From Propionibacteriaceae bacterium UBA6122 (GTDB lineage Bacteria; Actinomycetota; Actinomycetes; Propionibacteriales; Propionibacteriaceae): DNA of 64,000 nt. Position numbers and translations under genes: made by a program. The notes beneath the pieces are model-generated. The model saw nothing but the letters and a program-made list of their open reading frames with translations, was not told where the DNA came from and searched no databases. The stretch's first letter is position 1. Every line of letters begins with the position of its first letter. The DNA is taken from contig DIVW01000033.1 in NCBI GenBank assembly GCA_002428365.1, positions 3,714 through 67,713 of the forward strand, read 5' to 3'. Positions 40,636-50,578 of the stretch are shown piece after piece.

Positions 40636-41898
40636 ATGCGAACTCCCGTCGACGGCTCGTCCTACTCGTTCGCATCGGCCAATCTGGCCAAGCTGGCCTC
40701 AGTGCCGCACTACTTGTGGGGGGCCTTTCGATCCTCCGGAGTACGCCGCGACCCGATGTTGTGGTTAATCGGCAGCGATTTCGGCCTCAGCGACGGCGGC
40801 TGGGCCTTCTACCAAGCGGCCTCCCGGCTCGATCCCGCACCTCGCCTGGTTTGGCAGGTCAAGGGCGAAAGGCAGCGGGCCCAGGCGATCGCGGCCGGAG
40901 TGGCCTGGGTGGATCGGGAATCCAATGAGGGCTTCGAGCTCGCCCTGCGCGCTGGCGTGATCGCGGTGACTCACGGCTTGGGGGACGTGAATCGCTACGC
41001 GCAGCGCGGGGCGCTCATCGTCCAGTTATGGCACGGCTCGCCGCTGAAGAAGCTGAACCTGGACTCCCCCAGCGTGCTGAACCTTGGGGCGGCCGGACGC
41101 ATTCCGGGCATGTCGGCGTTGATGCGGGCGATGTACAAGGCCGGCACCAAGTCGATCTCGGTGTTCCCGGTGGCTTGTCCGGAGTTCGTCACCAGCATGT
41201 GCACCGCTTTCGCCCTCAGCCCCAAACAGGTGCTGTCCATCGGGGAGCCCCGCGGTGATCAACTCTTCACCGGCACCCCCGCTGAGCTGCGCGCTCGGTC
41301 ACGGGCGTTGTGGGAGCAGACCATTGCTGATCTGGGTGATCGGCGGCTGATTCTGCAGGCCCCAACCTGGCGCGATGGCGAGGTGGATCCGACCATACCG
41401 AGCGAGGCCGATTGGGCCCGCCTGGAAGCGTTCTGCGAGCGCACCGATTCGTTGTTGGTGATCCGTCCGCATCCCAAGAGCGTCGGCGACTACCACTACT
41501 CCTCGGCTCGGGTGCTCGTGATCGACGGTAGCCGCCAGCCCGAGATCATGCCGCTGCTGTGGGGGGTGGATGTGCTGGTCACCGACTACAGCTCGATTCT
41601 GTTCGACTACTCGGTGACCGAACGCCCGATCCTCTATTTGGCCCCCGACTTGGAGCACTACGAGGCGACCCGCGGGCTCTACATCGACTACACCGACATC
41701 TGTGGCCCCGACGGCCCCCTGCGTACCTGGGACGAAGTGATCGCCCGGATGGACAGCTGGACCGATCCCGCCGCCCAAGCCGTCGACAAGGCGCTGACGC
41801 GAACGACCTTCGACCGCTTCATCACCCATCGCGATGGCCTCAATTCCGAGCGCACCGTCGCTCGCGTCCTGGAGCTCCTCGCTCCTGAACTGCGCTAA
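40636..41898 (+). CDS. CDP-glycerol:glycerophosphotransferase (TagB/TagF family)
   Basis: QLWHGSPLKK, GEPRGD, APTWRD, RPHP and VTDYSSILFDY. Confidence 0.85.
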   Translation: MRTPVDGSSYSFASANLAKLASVPHYLWGAFRSSGVRRDPMLWLIGSDFGLSDGGWAFYQAASRLDPAPRLVWQVKGERQRAQAIAAGVAWVDRESNEGFELALRAGVIAVTHGLGDVNRYAQRGALIVQLWHGSPLKKLNLDSPSVLNLGAAGRIPGMSALMRAMYKAGTKSISVFPVACPEFVTSMCTAFALSPKQVLSIGEPRGDQLFTGTPAELRARSRALWEQTIADLGDRRLILQAPTWRDGEVDPTIPSEADWARLEAFCERTDSLLVIRPHPKSVGDYHYSSARVLVIDGSRQPEIMPLLWGVDVLVTDYSSILFDYSVTERPILYLAPDLEHYEATRGLYIDYTDICGPDGPLRTWDEVIARMDSWTDPAAQAVDKALTRTTFDRFITHRDGLNSERTVARVLELLAPELR

Positions 41899-41954
41899 TT
41901 GGGGACGGTTCCAATATGAGCAGTCCCCAACTGCGCTAATTGGAACCGTCCCCA
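41888..41954. repeat. REP-like palindrome with internal direct repeat between convergent genes
   Basis: TGGGGACGGTTCCAAT (41900-41915) is inverted at 41939-41954; AACTGCGCTAATTGG occurs at 41888 and 41929. Confidence 0.75.
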
Positions 41955-43193
41955 TTAAGAGCGGTGGACGGCGAGGCCGTCGGCGACTACTTGGCGTAGG
42001 GGGGCCAGCACTTGGGCCCAGGAATGGTGGCGCTCGACGTAGCCGCGGGCGGCTTGGGCCATCAACTCAGCGGCGCCGCGATCATCCAGCAATCGAATCA
42101 CCGCGGCGGCGAAAGCGGCCGGAGCTTCGGCCACCAGCAACTCCTGGCCGTCTACCGCACCAAAGCCTTCCAGCGCCAGGGGCGTGCTGATGCACGGCAG
42201 GCCGAGAGCGAAATACTCCAACACTTTGTTCTGCACGCCGGCACCGATTCGCAACGGCGCCACCCCGATGCCCGCGCCAGCGACCGCGGCGGCGACATCG
42301 TCCACTTCGCCGACGACATCCACACCGTCGTAGGCGGCCAAAGTGGCCGCCCCAGCCTCATCGATTCGGCCCACCACCCGAAAGCGCACCTGCGGACGCT
42401 GCGCCCGCACCAGCGGCAGGATGTCGGCGGCGAAATGCAGAGCCGCGTCAAAGTTCTGCAGGCTCTTCAGGTTGCCGATGAACGCCGCGTCAGTGCCACC
42501 AGCGGCAAACTGGTAGGCCAACGCGTCCAGGTCGGCACCATTGCCGCACACCAGCACCTTCTCGCGCCGCGGGTCATCTGCGGCAAAGAGGTGCTCCAGG
42601 TCGATCCCTGAGACCAGAAACGAGCGATCAAATTTGGTCACGATCTGTTGCTCGTACGGCTTGAGTCGGCCGGTTTCCAGCCGGTAGGCGATCGTGCGGG
42701 GGTCAAGCCAATGCCGAGCCGAGGCCGACTTGGCCCGCTCGTAGTTCAGCGATATCGCGTCGGTGAGTTCGAGGAATTTCACCCCCGGCAGATCAGCGAT
42801 CCCAGCCCCGGTCCGAATCAGATGCGCCAGCACTCCGTCGTGCTCGGCGGCCAGTTCGCGGGCCCGAGCGATGAACGGCGTTGAGCGGTAATAGGCCACC
42901 TGTAACGGTGTCCGTCCCGGAATGGCCAGCAGCGAGTTCAGCCAAGAGCGCCACTTCGGCAGGTAGAACCGCTCAACCGTTGAGAACACGCCATCAGGCG
43001 GCACTTCGGCGGTGAGTTCGCTTGGATCATCACACAGACTGAGCAGGGTCAGCTGGTGGTCTTTGGCCAGTTCGACGCACAGCCGGTAGAGCCGCAACCG
43101 ATCCCCGCCCACCACCGGGTAGGGGAAACGCGAGGTGAGAACGAGCAGCCGACTCCCGCGCGTTGGGGAGATCGCCGGCTCGGTGTCGTTCAT
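41955..43193 (-). CDS. Glycosyltransferase family 4
   Basis: SRFPYPVVGGDRLR, FIGNL, APLRIGAGVQNKVLEY. Confidence 0.88.
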   Translation of the reverse strand: MNDTEPAISPTRGSRLLVLTSRFPYPVVGGDRLRLYRLCVELAKDHQLTLLSLCDDPSELTAEVPPDGVFSTVERFYLPKWRSWLNSLLAIPGRTPLQVAYYRSTPFIARARELAAEHDGVLAHLIRTGAGIADLPGVKFLELTDAISLNYERAKSASARHWLDPRTIAYRLETGRLKPYEQQIVTKFDRSFLVSGIDLEHLFAADDPRREKVLVCGNGADLDALAYQFAAGGTDAAFIGNLKSLQNFDAALHFAADILPLVRAQRPQVRFRVVGRIDEAGAATLAAYDGVDVVGEVDDVAAAVAGAGIGVAPLRIGAGVQNKVLEYFALGLPCISTPLALEGFGAVDGQELLVAEAPAAFAAAVIRLLDDRGAAELMAQAARGYVERHHSWAQVLAPLRQVVADGLAVHRS

Positions 43194-43280
43194 CGCACCA
43201 CAGTCTCGTCCATGACGACGCCGGGCCGCCACTCCGGCCAACGAGGGGGGACGGTGCCGCGCAGCGCTAACGTATGGGGC

Positions 43281-44132
43281 GTGATCGATTCCACTCACTG
43301 GTTGCTGACCCTGTCGTGCGCGGACCGTCCCGGGATCGTCCATCAGGTCGCCGGCGTGATCGCCACTGCCAACGGCAACATCACCGAGTTGCAGCAGTTC
43401 AGCTCCACCGAATCGGGTCGCTTCTTCATGCGGGTGCAGGTGCAGTCCGGTTTCGACCGCTCCGAGTTCGAACGCAACTTCGCCGCCGTCGCTGCCGAAC
43501 TGGACGCCATCTGGGTGCTCGACTACGTGGGACGCCGCCGCCGCACCCTGGTTCTGGCCTCCAAGGAGGGGCACTGCCTAAACGATCTGCTGTTCCGGCA
43601 GCGGTCGGGCTACCTGCCGATTTCGATGCCGCTGATCATCGCCAACCACCCTGATCTGGCCGATCTGGCCAGCTTCTACGGCGTGCCGTTCGAAGTACAC
43701 ACCGTCGCTGCCGACACTAAGGCGGCCGTCGAGCGCCGCATCCTGGACGTTGTCGCCGAGTACGACATCGAGTTGGTGGTGCTGGCCCGCTACATGCAGA
43801 TCCTCTCCCCCGAACTGTGCGCGGAGCTGGCTGGGCGAGCAATCAACATCCATCACTCCTTCCTGCCCGGATTCAAAGGTGCCAACCCGTACCGCCAGGC
43901 CCACTCTCGCGGGGTGAAGCTGATCGGGGCCACCGCTCATTTCGTCACCTCCGACCTGGACGAAGGCCCGATCATCGAGCAGAACGTGCGCCGGGTCGAT
44001 CACTCCATGGACGTGCCGGAGCTGATCGGGGTTGGCCAGGAGCAGGAGAGCCGCACCCTCACCGCGGCGGTCAAGCTGTTCGCCGAACACCGGGTGCTGC
44101 TCGATGGCTCCCGGACGGTGATCTTCAGCTAG
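43281..44132 (+). CDS. purU: Formyltetrahydrofolate deformylase
   Basis: ACT domain CADRPGIV; HCLNDLL, LARYMQIL, INIHHSFLP and LDEGPII. Confidence 0.95.
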   Translation: MIDSTHWLLTLSCADRPGIVHQVAGVIATANGNITELQQFSSTESGRFFMRVQVQSGFDRSEFERNFAAVAAELDAIWVLDYVGRRRRTLVLASKEGHCLNDLLFRQRSGYLPISMPLIIANHPDLADLASFYGVPFEVHTVAADTKAAVERRILDVVAEYDIELVVLARYMQILSPELCAELAGRAINIHHSFLPGFKGANPYRQAHSRGVKLIGATAHFVTSDLDEGPIIEQNVRRVDHSMDVPELIGVGQEQESRTLTAAVKLFAEHRVLLDGSRTVIFS

Positions 44133-44763
44133 CAGCTTCCTGCTCGGCGTCCAGCGCCGAAGGCTCATTGCTGTAGTGCATGAACCCGTCGGTCCTAGCC
44201 AGCGCCCAGCCGGTAGCTGGGGATCCCTCGGCGATGATCAGACCGGTGTTGGCCAGATGCCCGTTCCCGATGGTCTCGGCGAAGCCCGGCACTCGGGCTG
44301 AGGCCCACACTCGCAACGCCGCACCGTGGCTGACTGCCACTGCGGTGCGATGGCCGGCGGCAGCGATCCGCTCGATCGCGGCGTCGTAGCGGGCAAAGAA
44401 CTCGGCGGCGTTTTCGCCTCCCTGGATGCGAGCGGCCAAGTCGCCGGCATGCCACTTCATCAAGGTGGTGATGTAGTTGGTCGCTTCTGCGGTCATCTCG
44501 AAGTCACCGGCCCCGATCTCCCGCAACTCCGCCAGCACCCGCACTTCCACCTGATGGGTACGGGCCAATGCCGCCGCTGTCTGCTGGGTGCGCACCAGGG
44601 TGGAGGCGTAGATCGCCTCGATCGCCTCCCCGTCCAGCCGCTCGACGAGGGCGCGGGCCTGCGCGTGTCCGGCCTCGGTGAGGTCGGCGCCAGGCGCGGC
44701 GGTGTCCAGCAACAGCCCCACATTGGAGCTGGTTTGACCGTGACGGACCAGGATCAGACGCAT
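44125..44763 (-). CDS. Histidine phosphatase family protein
   Basis: LILVRHGQT, RTQQTA and VSHGAA. Confidence 0.9.
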   Translation of the reverse strand: MRLILVRHGQTSSNVGLLLDTAAPGADLTEAGHAQARALVERLDGEAIEAIYASTLVRTQQTAAALARTHQVEVRVLAELREIGAGDFEMTAEATNYITTLMKWHAGDLAARIQGGENAAEFFARYDAAIERIAAAGHRTAVAVSHGAALRVWASARVPGFAETIGNGHLANTGLIIAEGSPATGWALARTDGFMHYSNEPSALDAEQEAAS

Positions 44764-45058
44764 AACAAAGAGCATAAGACGATCGGCGGGGTGCTCGGCC
44801 GCACTACGTGGCGAGCCGAGGGCACGGGCCCGGAAATGCCGGGTGCCCCCGGACCAGCCGGAGCTGTAGGTAATACCACTTAGTGGCGCCCTGCGGGTGG
44901 GTTCGCCCGGGCTAGTCACCGCTCGGATCCGGCGGATCACCACTGGGTGGACGCCGGGCGTCCGCGCTTAGAGCATTGTTCTTACCCGTGAGCGGGGAGG
45001 GGGCCGAACTGCTAGCGTCGGAAACGGATGCATCCGACTCGTTGAGGAGAGAACAGAC

Positions 45059-46048
45059 GTGAGCAAGACCCCTGTGAAGGTAGCGGTCACCGGCGCGGCC
45101 GGACAGATCTGCTACAGCTTGCTTTTCCGGATCGCCAGTGGCGCGCTGCTCGGCCCCGACCAGCCAGTTGAACTGCGGCTGCTGGAGATCACCCCGGCTC
45201 TGAAGGCGCTTCAAGGCGTTGTCATGGAGCTGGACGATTGCGCCTTCCCGCTGTTGAGCAAGGTTGAGATCGGCGACGACGCCAACAAGGTGTTCGACGG
45301 AGTGAACCTGGCCATGCTGGTCGGCGCCCGCCCCCGCACCGCCGGCATGGAGCGCGGCGACCTGCTGAGCGCCAATGGCGCCATCTTCACCGCCCAGGGC
45401 AAGGCCCTCAACGCGGTGGCTGCTGATGACATCAAGGTGCTGGTGACCGGCAACCCGGCCAACACCAACGCCCTGATCGCGATGAGCAACGCCCCCGACA
45501 TCCCCAAGGAGCGCTTCGCTGCCCTGACCCGCCTCGACCACAACCGGGCGATCACCCAGGTAGCGCAGAAGGCTGGCGTCGCGGTCACCTCGGTCAGCCA
45601 CATGACCATCTGGGGCAACCATTCAGCAACCCAGTACCCCGACGTGTTCCACGCTCAGATCGATGGCAAGAACGCCGCCGAGGTCATCAACGATCAGGAT
45701 TGGGTGGCCAACACCTTCATCCCGACCGTCGCCAAGCGAGGCGCGGCCATCATCGAGGCTCGCGGTTCGTCCTCGGCCGCCTCGGCCGCGAATGCCACGG
45801 TCGAGTGCATGCACGACTGGGCACTGGGTACTCCGGCTGGCCAGTGGACGTCGATGGCGATCCCCTCCGACGGCTCCTACGGGGTGCCCGAGGGCATCAT
45901 CTCCTCCTTCCCGGTAACCATCAGCGATGGCGTCGTATCGGTGGTCCAGGGCTTGGAGATCGACGCCTTCTCCCAGTCGAAGATCGACGTCTCGATTGCC
46001 GAACTCGTCGAAGAGCGGGCTGCGGTCACCGAACTCGGCCTGATCTGA
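45059..46048 (+). CDS. mdh: Malate dehydrogenase
   Basis: [29 protein letters not shown] and IWGNHS. Confidence 0.96.
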   Translation: MSKTPVKVAVTGAAGQICYSLLFRIASGALLGPDQPVELRLLEITPALKALQGVVMELDDCAFPLLSKVEIGDDANKVFDGVNLAMLVGARPRTAGMERGDLLSANGAIFTAQGKALNAVAADDIKVLVTGNPANTNALIAMSNAPDIPKERFAALTRLDHNRAITQVAQKAGVAVTSVSHMTIWGNHSATQYPDVFHAQIDGKNAAEVINDQDWVANTFIPTVAKRGAAIIEARGSSSAASAANATVECMHDWALGTPAGQWTSMAIPSDGSYGVPEGIISSFPVTISDGVVSVVQGLEIDAFSQSKIDVSIAELVEERAAVTELGLI

Positions 46049-46060
46049 TCAGTCTCTAAC

Positions 46061-46096
46061 CAGCAGGGCCCCGAGGTTCGCCTCGGGGCCCTGCTG
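46061..46096 (+). terminator. Stem-loop terminator after mdh
   Basis: CAGCAGGGCCCCGAGG-TTCG-CCTCGGGGCCCTGCTG perfect hairpin. Confidence 0.8.
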
Positions 46097-46231
46097 CATG
46101 TTGGGCAGTTCCGCGGTCCACTTGTGGTGCCCTGCGGTGGGCCGCGGAGCTCGCGGGTTGGGTCAACTTACGGTTCCGTAGCCGTATCGGTAGGATCCTG
46201 GAGTCCCTACTCCCCCACGAGAGTTGAAGCC

Positions 46232-47944
46232 ATGACCGGCCGTCCTGAAACCGAAGCGACCAGGGCTATCCGCAAAGTCCGCGACTTCCTGCTCGAGCAT
46301 CGCCTCGACTACGACACCACGATCGCCGACTTCGCCTGGCCGCAGCTGGACGAGTTCAACTTCGCCCTGGAGTGGTTCGACGTGGTCGCCGCCGAGCACC
46401 CCTACCGGCCGGCAGTCACCATCGTTTCGGCCGATCTGGTCGCCCAATCCTGGAGCTACGCGGAGTTGGCCCGGCGCTCCGACCAGGTGGCCAACTGGCT
46501 GCGGATGCTCGGTCTGGGTCGCGGATCGAAACTGATCGTGATGCTCAACAACACCATCGAGATCTGGGAGATCCTGCTGGCGATCTACAAGATCGGCGCC
46601 GTGGCGATCCCCACTTCGACCTTGTTGTCGGCCACCGATCTCGCCTACCGGGTCGAGCACGGCGAGGCCAGTGCCGTAGTGGCGCCGACTGCCCTGCGCG
46701 CCCGGCTGGACGTGTTGCCGACCTCGGTGCTGCGAATCGGGGTGGGGGCGGACAATTCCCCCGGTTGGATCTCGATGTCACAGGCAAAGCGGGCCTCGGA
46801 CAAGTTCGTCCCCGACGGCCCCACCCCGGCTGGCGACTTGAGCTTGCTCTACTTCACCTCCGGCACTACCTCGCGGCCGAAGCTGGTGCGCCACACTCAC
46901 GTCTCCTACCCGGTGGGGCACCTGTCGACGATGTGGTGGCTCGGGGTTCAGCCCGGTGATGTGCACCTGAACATCTCCTCCCCCGGCTGGGGCAAGCACG
47001 CCTGGAGCAACTTCTTCGCTCCCTTCCTGGCCCAGGCGACGGTGTTCGTGTTCAACTACGACCGCTTCGACGCCGCGACCCTGATGAAGGTGATGGACGC
47101 CCATCAGGTGACCACTTTCTGCGCCCCGCCCACCGTGTGGCGAATGTTGATCCAGGCCGACCTGACCCAGCTGTCCAACCCGCCCCGCGAACTGCTGGGT
47201 GCCGGCGAACCGCTCAACCCAGAGGTGATCACCCGGGTGCGCGAAGCCTGGGGCGGCACCATTCGCGACGGGTTCGGCCAGACCGAGATGACCTGTTGCA
47301 TCGGCAACTCGCCGGGGCAGCTGGTCAAGGACGGCTCCATGGGACGTCCGATGCCCGGCTATCCGGTGGTGCTGCTCGATCCGGTTACCGGCGAGGAGCG
47401 CCACGACGAAGGTGAGATCTGCCTGAACCTGGCCGAGCCGATCCTGGGCCTGATGGACGGTTACCACAACGATGCCGAAATGACCGCCCAGTCCTGCCGG
47501 GACGGCTTCTACCACACCGGTGACATCGCCTCGGTGGACGCCGACGGCTATCTGACCTACGTCGGGCGCGCCGATGATGTGTTCAAGGCCTCCGACTACA
47601 AGATCTCGCCCTTCGAACTTGAGTCCATTCTGTTGGAGCACCCCTACGTCACCGAGGTGGCGATCGTGCCGAGCCCCGACCCGCTGCGGGCTGCGGTACC
47701 CAAAGCCTTCGTGTGCCTGGTCAACGAGGAGACCATCGAGCCGCACCACGCGGCTCGGGAGATCTTCGAACACGCCCGCAACCGGCTTTCGGCCTACCAG
47801 CGAGTGAAGATCCTGGAGTTCGTGACCGACCTGCCCAAGACGATCTCCGGCAAGATCCGCCGGGTGGAACTGCGCGAGCGTGAAGCCGAGCGCGTGGCTG
47901 CCGAAGATGCGGCCAATCAGTTCCTGGAACGCGACTTCCGCTAA
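46232..47944 (+). CDS. AMP-binding acyl-CoA synthetase (short-chain/acetate type)
   Basis: YFTSGTTSRPK, GFGQTE, YHTGD and LPKTISGKIRR. Confidence 0.9.
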   Translation: MTGRPETEATRAIRKVRDFLLEHRLDYDTTIADFAWPQLDEFNFALEWFDVVAAEHPYRPAVTIVSADLVAQSWSYAELARRSDQVANWLRMLGLGRGSKLIVMLNNTIEIWEILLAIYKIGAVAIPTSTLLSATDLAYRVEHGEASAVVAPTALRARLDVLPTSVLRIGVGADNSPGWISMSQAKRASDKFVPDGPTPAGDLSLLYFTSGTTSRPKLVRHTHVSYPVGHLSTMWWLGVQPGDVHLNISSPGWGKHAWSNFFAPFLAQATVFVFNYDRFDAATLMKVMDAHQVTTFCAPPTVWRMLIQADLTQLSNPPRELLGAGEPLNPEVITRVREAWGGTIRDGFGQTEMTCCIGNSPGQLVKDGSMGRPMPGYPVVLLDPVTGEERHDEGEICLNLAEPILGLMDGYHNDAEMTAQSCRDGFYHTGDIASVDADGYLTYVGRADDVFKASDYKISPFELESILLEHPYVTEVAIVPSPDPLRAAVPKAFVCLVNEETIEPHHAAREIFEHARNRLSAYQRVKILEFVTDLPKTISGKIRRVELREREAERVAAEDAANQFLERDFR

Positions 47945-48047
47945 CCACCTCGGTTGGACGAACCCGCTCGCCCCAATCGGCGCGGAAGCCGAGCAGGCCA
48001 ACTGCACCGGGGCTAGCCTGGGCTGAGTTTCAAACCCGGAGGTGGCC

Positions 48048-48941
48048 ATGACTGAGGCGGTAGTGATCGTTTCTGGTGGATCGGCGATCAGTCCCTTCAC
48101 CACACCGACGGCTGGCTGTGCCACTGGCCAGGCTGCCGGTAGCACCGACACCTACCTCCGCGACGGCCTGCGACAGGCAGGGCATGCGGTTTACACCTCA
48201 CCAGCCTTCGCTGGCCCCGGGACGGCCACCGCCGACGACGGATTCGCCGGCTTCAGCGACCCGCCGGTGGTGCTCGGTGCGGAGCTGACGGTGAACTCAG
48301 TCGGCACCATCGACGCCGCCGGCACCCACCTCGCGGCCTTTCTGCACTATCTCGGCGATAAGTTCGGCCACGACAGCTTCCAGCTCATTGCCCATTCCAT
48401 GGGCGGGCTGTTCAGCACGGCTGCTATCAGCCAACTGGCCGGATCCGACATCCACATCAAGTCGCTGACCACCCTCGGTACGCCTTGGCGGGGCGGCTTC
48501 GCTGCCGACTACGCCGCTGGCGATCTGCCCCTCAGCGCAGCCAATGGTGACACCCGCTTCGAGAACGTACTCACCGCTTTTGCCGACGAGGTGGCCAGCC
48601 TGCCCACGCCCAATGCGGGCCAACAAGTTGCTGGCCGAGCAGTGGACGAGTGGCTACCAGCCCAGCTGAGCGCCTTTGGCGGGCTTCAGATCACCCTGAT
48701 CGCCGGCGATGTCTTCACTGGATCCGGCAGCATGTGGCCAAACGACGGATTGGTCACGTTGCCAAGCGCGCTGGCCGAAGGGATCGAGGCTGACGTGCTG
48801 AAGAATGCTCCGCGACATGTCTTCGGTGATGCCCACTCAATCTTCTTTGCCGACCAGTTCGGGCTGCCCTGGGAACAAGCCCTCACCTGGGATCCAGCAG
48901 TGCTGAAGACGGTACTGGCCGCCCTGGGCAGCCCAAGCTGA
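48048..48941 (+). CDS. Alpha/beta hydrolase (lipase/esterase-like)
   Basis: Nucleophile elbow AHSMGG, TLGTPW, NDGLV and C-terminal His (DAHS). Confidence 0.8.
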   Translation: MTEAVVIVSGGSAISPFTTPTAGCATGQAAGSTDTYLRDGLRQAGHAVYTSPAFAGPGTATADDGFAGFSDPPVVLGAELTVNSVGTIDAAGTHLAAFLHYLGDKFGHDSFQLIAHSMGGLFSTAAISQLAGSDIHIKSLTTLGTPWRGGFAADYAAGDLPLSAANGDTRFENVLTAFADEVASLPTPNAGQQVAGRAVDEWLPAQLSAFGGLQITLIAGDVFTGSGSMWPNDGLVTLPSALAEGIEADVLKNAPRHVFGDAHSIFFADQFGLPWEQALTWDPAVLKTVLAALGSPS

Positions 48942-48972
48942 GCCCAGAGCGTCCTACCGCTTGACGAACGGC

Positions 48973-50427
48973 CTACTTGGCGCCGTACTTGAATTGGTAT
49001 CCGGCGGCCTCGACCAGCGCCTTGACCTGGTCGCGCCAGGCGGCGTAGTCGAAGTCGAAGCTGTAGAGCTTTCCGTACCGGCCGGCTTGCTCGGCGATAT
49101 CGTCGGCCATGCCGCCACCGGAGTGATAAGAACCACCCTGGAAGCCGAAGCCGATGCCATCGGAGTCGTCGCCACCTGACATACCCGCGCCGGTCTCTTT
49201 GAGCAGCTCACGGAAAGTGACTTCCCGGCTGGCATCGTTGATCCTGATCTTGGCCTGGTACTCCAGCTTGGCGGTGGCCATGAACGCGGTGCGCTGGGCA
49301 ATCACCTTCTCCACCGTGGTCACGTCGTGCTTCTGGCTCCAGGTCAGCTGGAGGGAATCGGACAGCTCCTTGAGCTGGCCGGTCAACGCTGATCCCCCGG
49401 CCGCGCCGTCAGCGACTGGAGTGACTGGGGTGACTGGCCCGGCTGCGGGCGCTGCGGCCTGGGCGAGCGGTACCCATTGGGTGCCGTCCCACCGATGGCC
49501 GTTGACTTCTTGGCCCACCTGGGGAGCGTTCTGGGCTTGCGCGGCTGGCACCCACTGGGTGCCATTCCACTGGTAGCCATTCACGACCTGACCGACCTGC
49601 GGGGCCTGCTGCGCCTGCGCCTGCTGAGCTGGCGCTTGCGCGGGCTGGGCCTGAGCCTGACCCTGCTGAACCGGTGGCACCCACTGAGTGCCATTCCACA
49701 TGTAGCCATTCACCACCTGGCCGACCTGCGGGGCCTGCTGAGCTGGGGCTTGGGACTGAGCCTGGCCCTGCTGAACCGGTGGCATCCACTGAGTGCCATT
49801 CCACATGTAGCCATTCACCACCTGGCCGACCTGCGGGGCCTGCTGAGCTGGGGCTTGGGACTGCTGAGCCAAAGGCACCCAACGGGAACCGTCCCAACGA
49901 TGACCGTTAGCGACCTGGCCCACCTGCGGCGCCTGAGCTTGCTGAGCCAACGGCACCCACTGAGTGCCATTCCACTGATGACCGTTCGCGATCTGGCCCA
50001 CCTGCGGCGCCTGCTGCTGGGCCAACGGCACCCAACGGGTCCCGTCCCAACGATGACCGTTCGCGACCTGACCCACCTGCGGCGCCTGAGCTTGCTGAGC
50101 CAACGGCACCCACTGAGTGCCATTCCACTGATGACCGTTCGCGATCTGGCCCACCTGCGGCGCCTGCTGAGCCAACGGCACCCACTGGGTGCCATTCCAC
50201 TGATGACCGTTCGCGATCTGGCCCACCTGCGGCGCTTGCTGAGCCTGCTGGGCCAACGGCACCCACTGGGTGCCATCCCAACGATGACCGTTAGCGATCT
50301 GGCCCACCTGCGGCGCAGTTTGCGCCGGTTGGGCCTGCTGCTGACTCAGTGGCACCCATTGGGTGCCGTTCCATTGGTAGCCGTTGGAAATCTGGCCCAC
50401 CTGAGGCTCTTGTGGCGTCTGGCTCAT
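48973..50427 (-). CDS. Gln-rich protein with 11 tandem PQVGQxxNGxxWxGxxW repeats and a globular C-terminal domain
   Basis: Open 484-aa frame; repeats counted directly; TACGCT-N8-ATG upstream. Confidence 0.8.
   Translation of the reverse strand: MSQTPQEPQVGQISNGYQWNGTQWVPLSQQQAQPAQTAPQVGQIANGHRWDGTQWVPLAQQAQQAPQVGQIANGHQWNGTQWVPLAQQAPQVGQIANGHQWNGTQWVPLAQQAQAPQVGQVANGHRWDGTRWVPLAQQQAPQVGQIANGHQWNGTQWVPLAQQAQAPQVGQVANGHRWDGSRWVPLAQQSQAPAQQAPQVGQVVNGYMWNGTQWMPPVQQGQAQSQAPAQQAPQVGQVVNGYMWNGTQWVPPVQQGQAQAQPAQAPAQQAQAQQAPQVGQVVNGYQWNGTQWVPAAQAQNAPQVGQEVNGHRWDGTQWVPLAQAAAPAAGPVTPVTPVADGAAGGSALTGQLKELSDSLQLTWSQKHDVTTVEKVIAQRTAFMATAKLEYQAKIRINDASREVTFRELLKETGAGMSGGDDSDGIGFGFQGGSYHSGGGMADDIAEQAGRYGKLYSFDFDYAAWRDQVKALVEAAGYQFKYGAK
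49465..50406 (-). repeat. Coding tandem repeat array (11 units with a core of about 60 nt plus Q/A linkers)
   Basis: Near-identical DNA blocks such as CAACGGCACCCACTGAGTGCCATTCCACTGATGACCGTTCGCGATCTGGCCCACCTGCGG recur. Confidence 0.9.
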
Positions 50428-50519
50428 GAGACCGAAGCGTATCTATGCCGACCAAGCCGCGCCAACGCTCAGCAGGCAATCCGCATGCCAAGTGGCCCAG
50501 ACCGATGATCCGGCGCCGG

Positions 50520-50567
50520 AAAAGAAATCGGCCGGTGGGCGGGTCTCCCCGCTACCACCGGCCGATT
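50520..50567 (-). terminator. Intrinsic terminator of the aminotransferase gene
   Basis: AATCGGCCGGTGG...CCACCGGCCGATT hairpin followed by TCTTTT on the minus strand. Confidence 0.7.
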
Positions 50568-50578
50568 CAGCAAGTTGT

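Noticed and set aside
44780..45058. Riboswitch (e.g. ZTP) or sRNA in the GC-rich region between the phosphatase gene and mdh
   Set aside because: Several hairpins are possible, but I could not match any riboswitch consensus; would need cmscan.
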